Positions 63,624 through 64,000 of a DNA stretch of 64,000 nt are shown here, piece by piece. The notes beneath the pieces were generated by a model. That model saw only the letters and a list, made by a program, of their open reading frames with translations. It ran no database searches and was not told the origin of the DNA. This DNA is from Eledone cirrhosa. Its lineage: Eukaryota. How positions within the stretch are numbered: the stretch's first letter is position 1; every line of letters starts with the position of its first letter. The position numbers and the translations under genes are program-made. The stretch lies in the NCBI GenBank assembly GCA_964016885.1, contig OZ024746.1, forward strand, positions 33,728,001 to 33,792,000, written 5' to 3'.

Positions 63624-64000
63624 ATAAAAAACTAAAGGGTATTCTTTACGTGACCCAGAAGAGGATAAGTTCATATCACAGTTCACATCTTCGTAAAAAA
63701 CATGTATTGATATATATATATATATAAATTTCGCACACACGCAACAATACATTCCCATGTATCCCCTTCACACAAAAACACACACACACACACACATGCG
63801 TATCTTACATACACATACTCGACTCCGGACACCGCACGCGCCCCTGTCTCTCACACCCTCTGACACCTCTCCATGCACACGCACACACACACACTGACTT
63901 ACACCCCACCCCATCTAGACACTGGTTTTTCTATTACCCGAACATGGAACTTCGTTTTTCCACAAACTCTTAGACTCACATCTACACATACACATACACC

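Overview
AT-rich, microsatellite-dense eukaryotic DNA made almost entirely of transposable elements. The SINE families and (TA)n/(CA)n/(TATC)n load resemble an octopus or other cephalopod genome; this is an inference from recollection of the repeats, not a search. No host gene is confidently supported. Main contents: (1) a ~20 kb pile-up (19.4-39.1 kb) of non-LTR retrotransposons separated by (TTA)n tracts, with three near-full-length R4/Dong-like RLE elements from two families (one broken only by a homopolymer frameshift) and an apparently intact two-ORF Tx1/L1-clade element; (2) a decayed Penelope-like element (PLE) with inverted pseudo-LTRs at 59.3-63.2 kb, plus two truncated PLEs; (3) RTE, CR1-group, mariner and Tigger-like remnants and many SINEs; (4) a set of small non-coding tandem or fold-back elements carrying hammerhead ribozyme (HHR) motifs that can be read directly from the sequence. 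The last group includes a ~650 bp circularly permuted retrozyme-like family, two copies whose HHR is deleted at or near the predicted cleavage site, and two diverged families sharing an unusual permuted HHR-like motif with a covarying helix. Most short ORFs in the track are microsatellite or antisense artefacts. Element boundaries were read by eye and are approximate.
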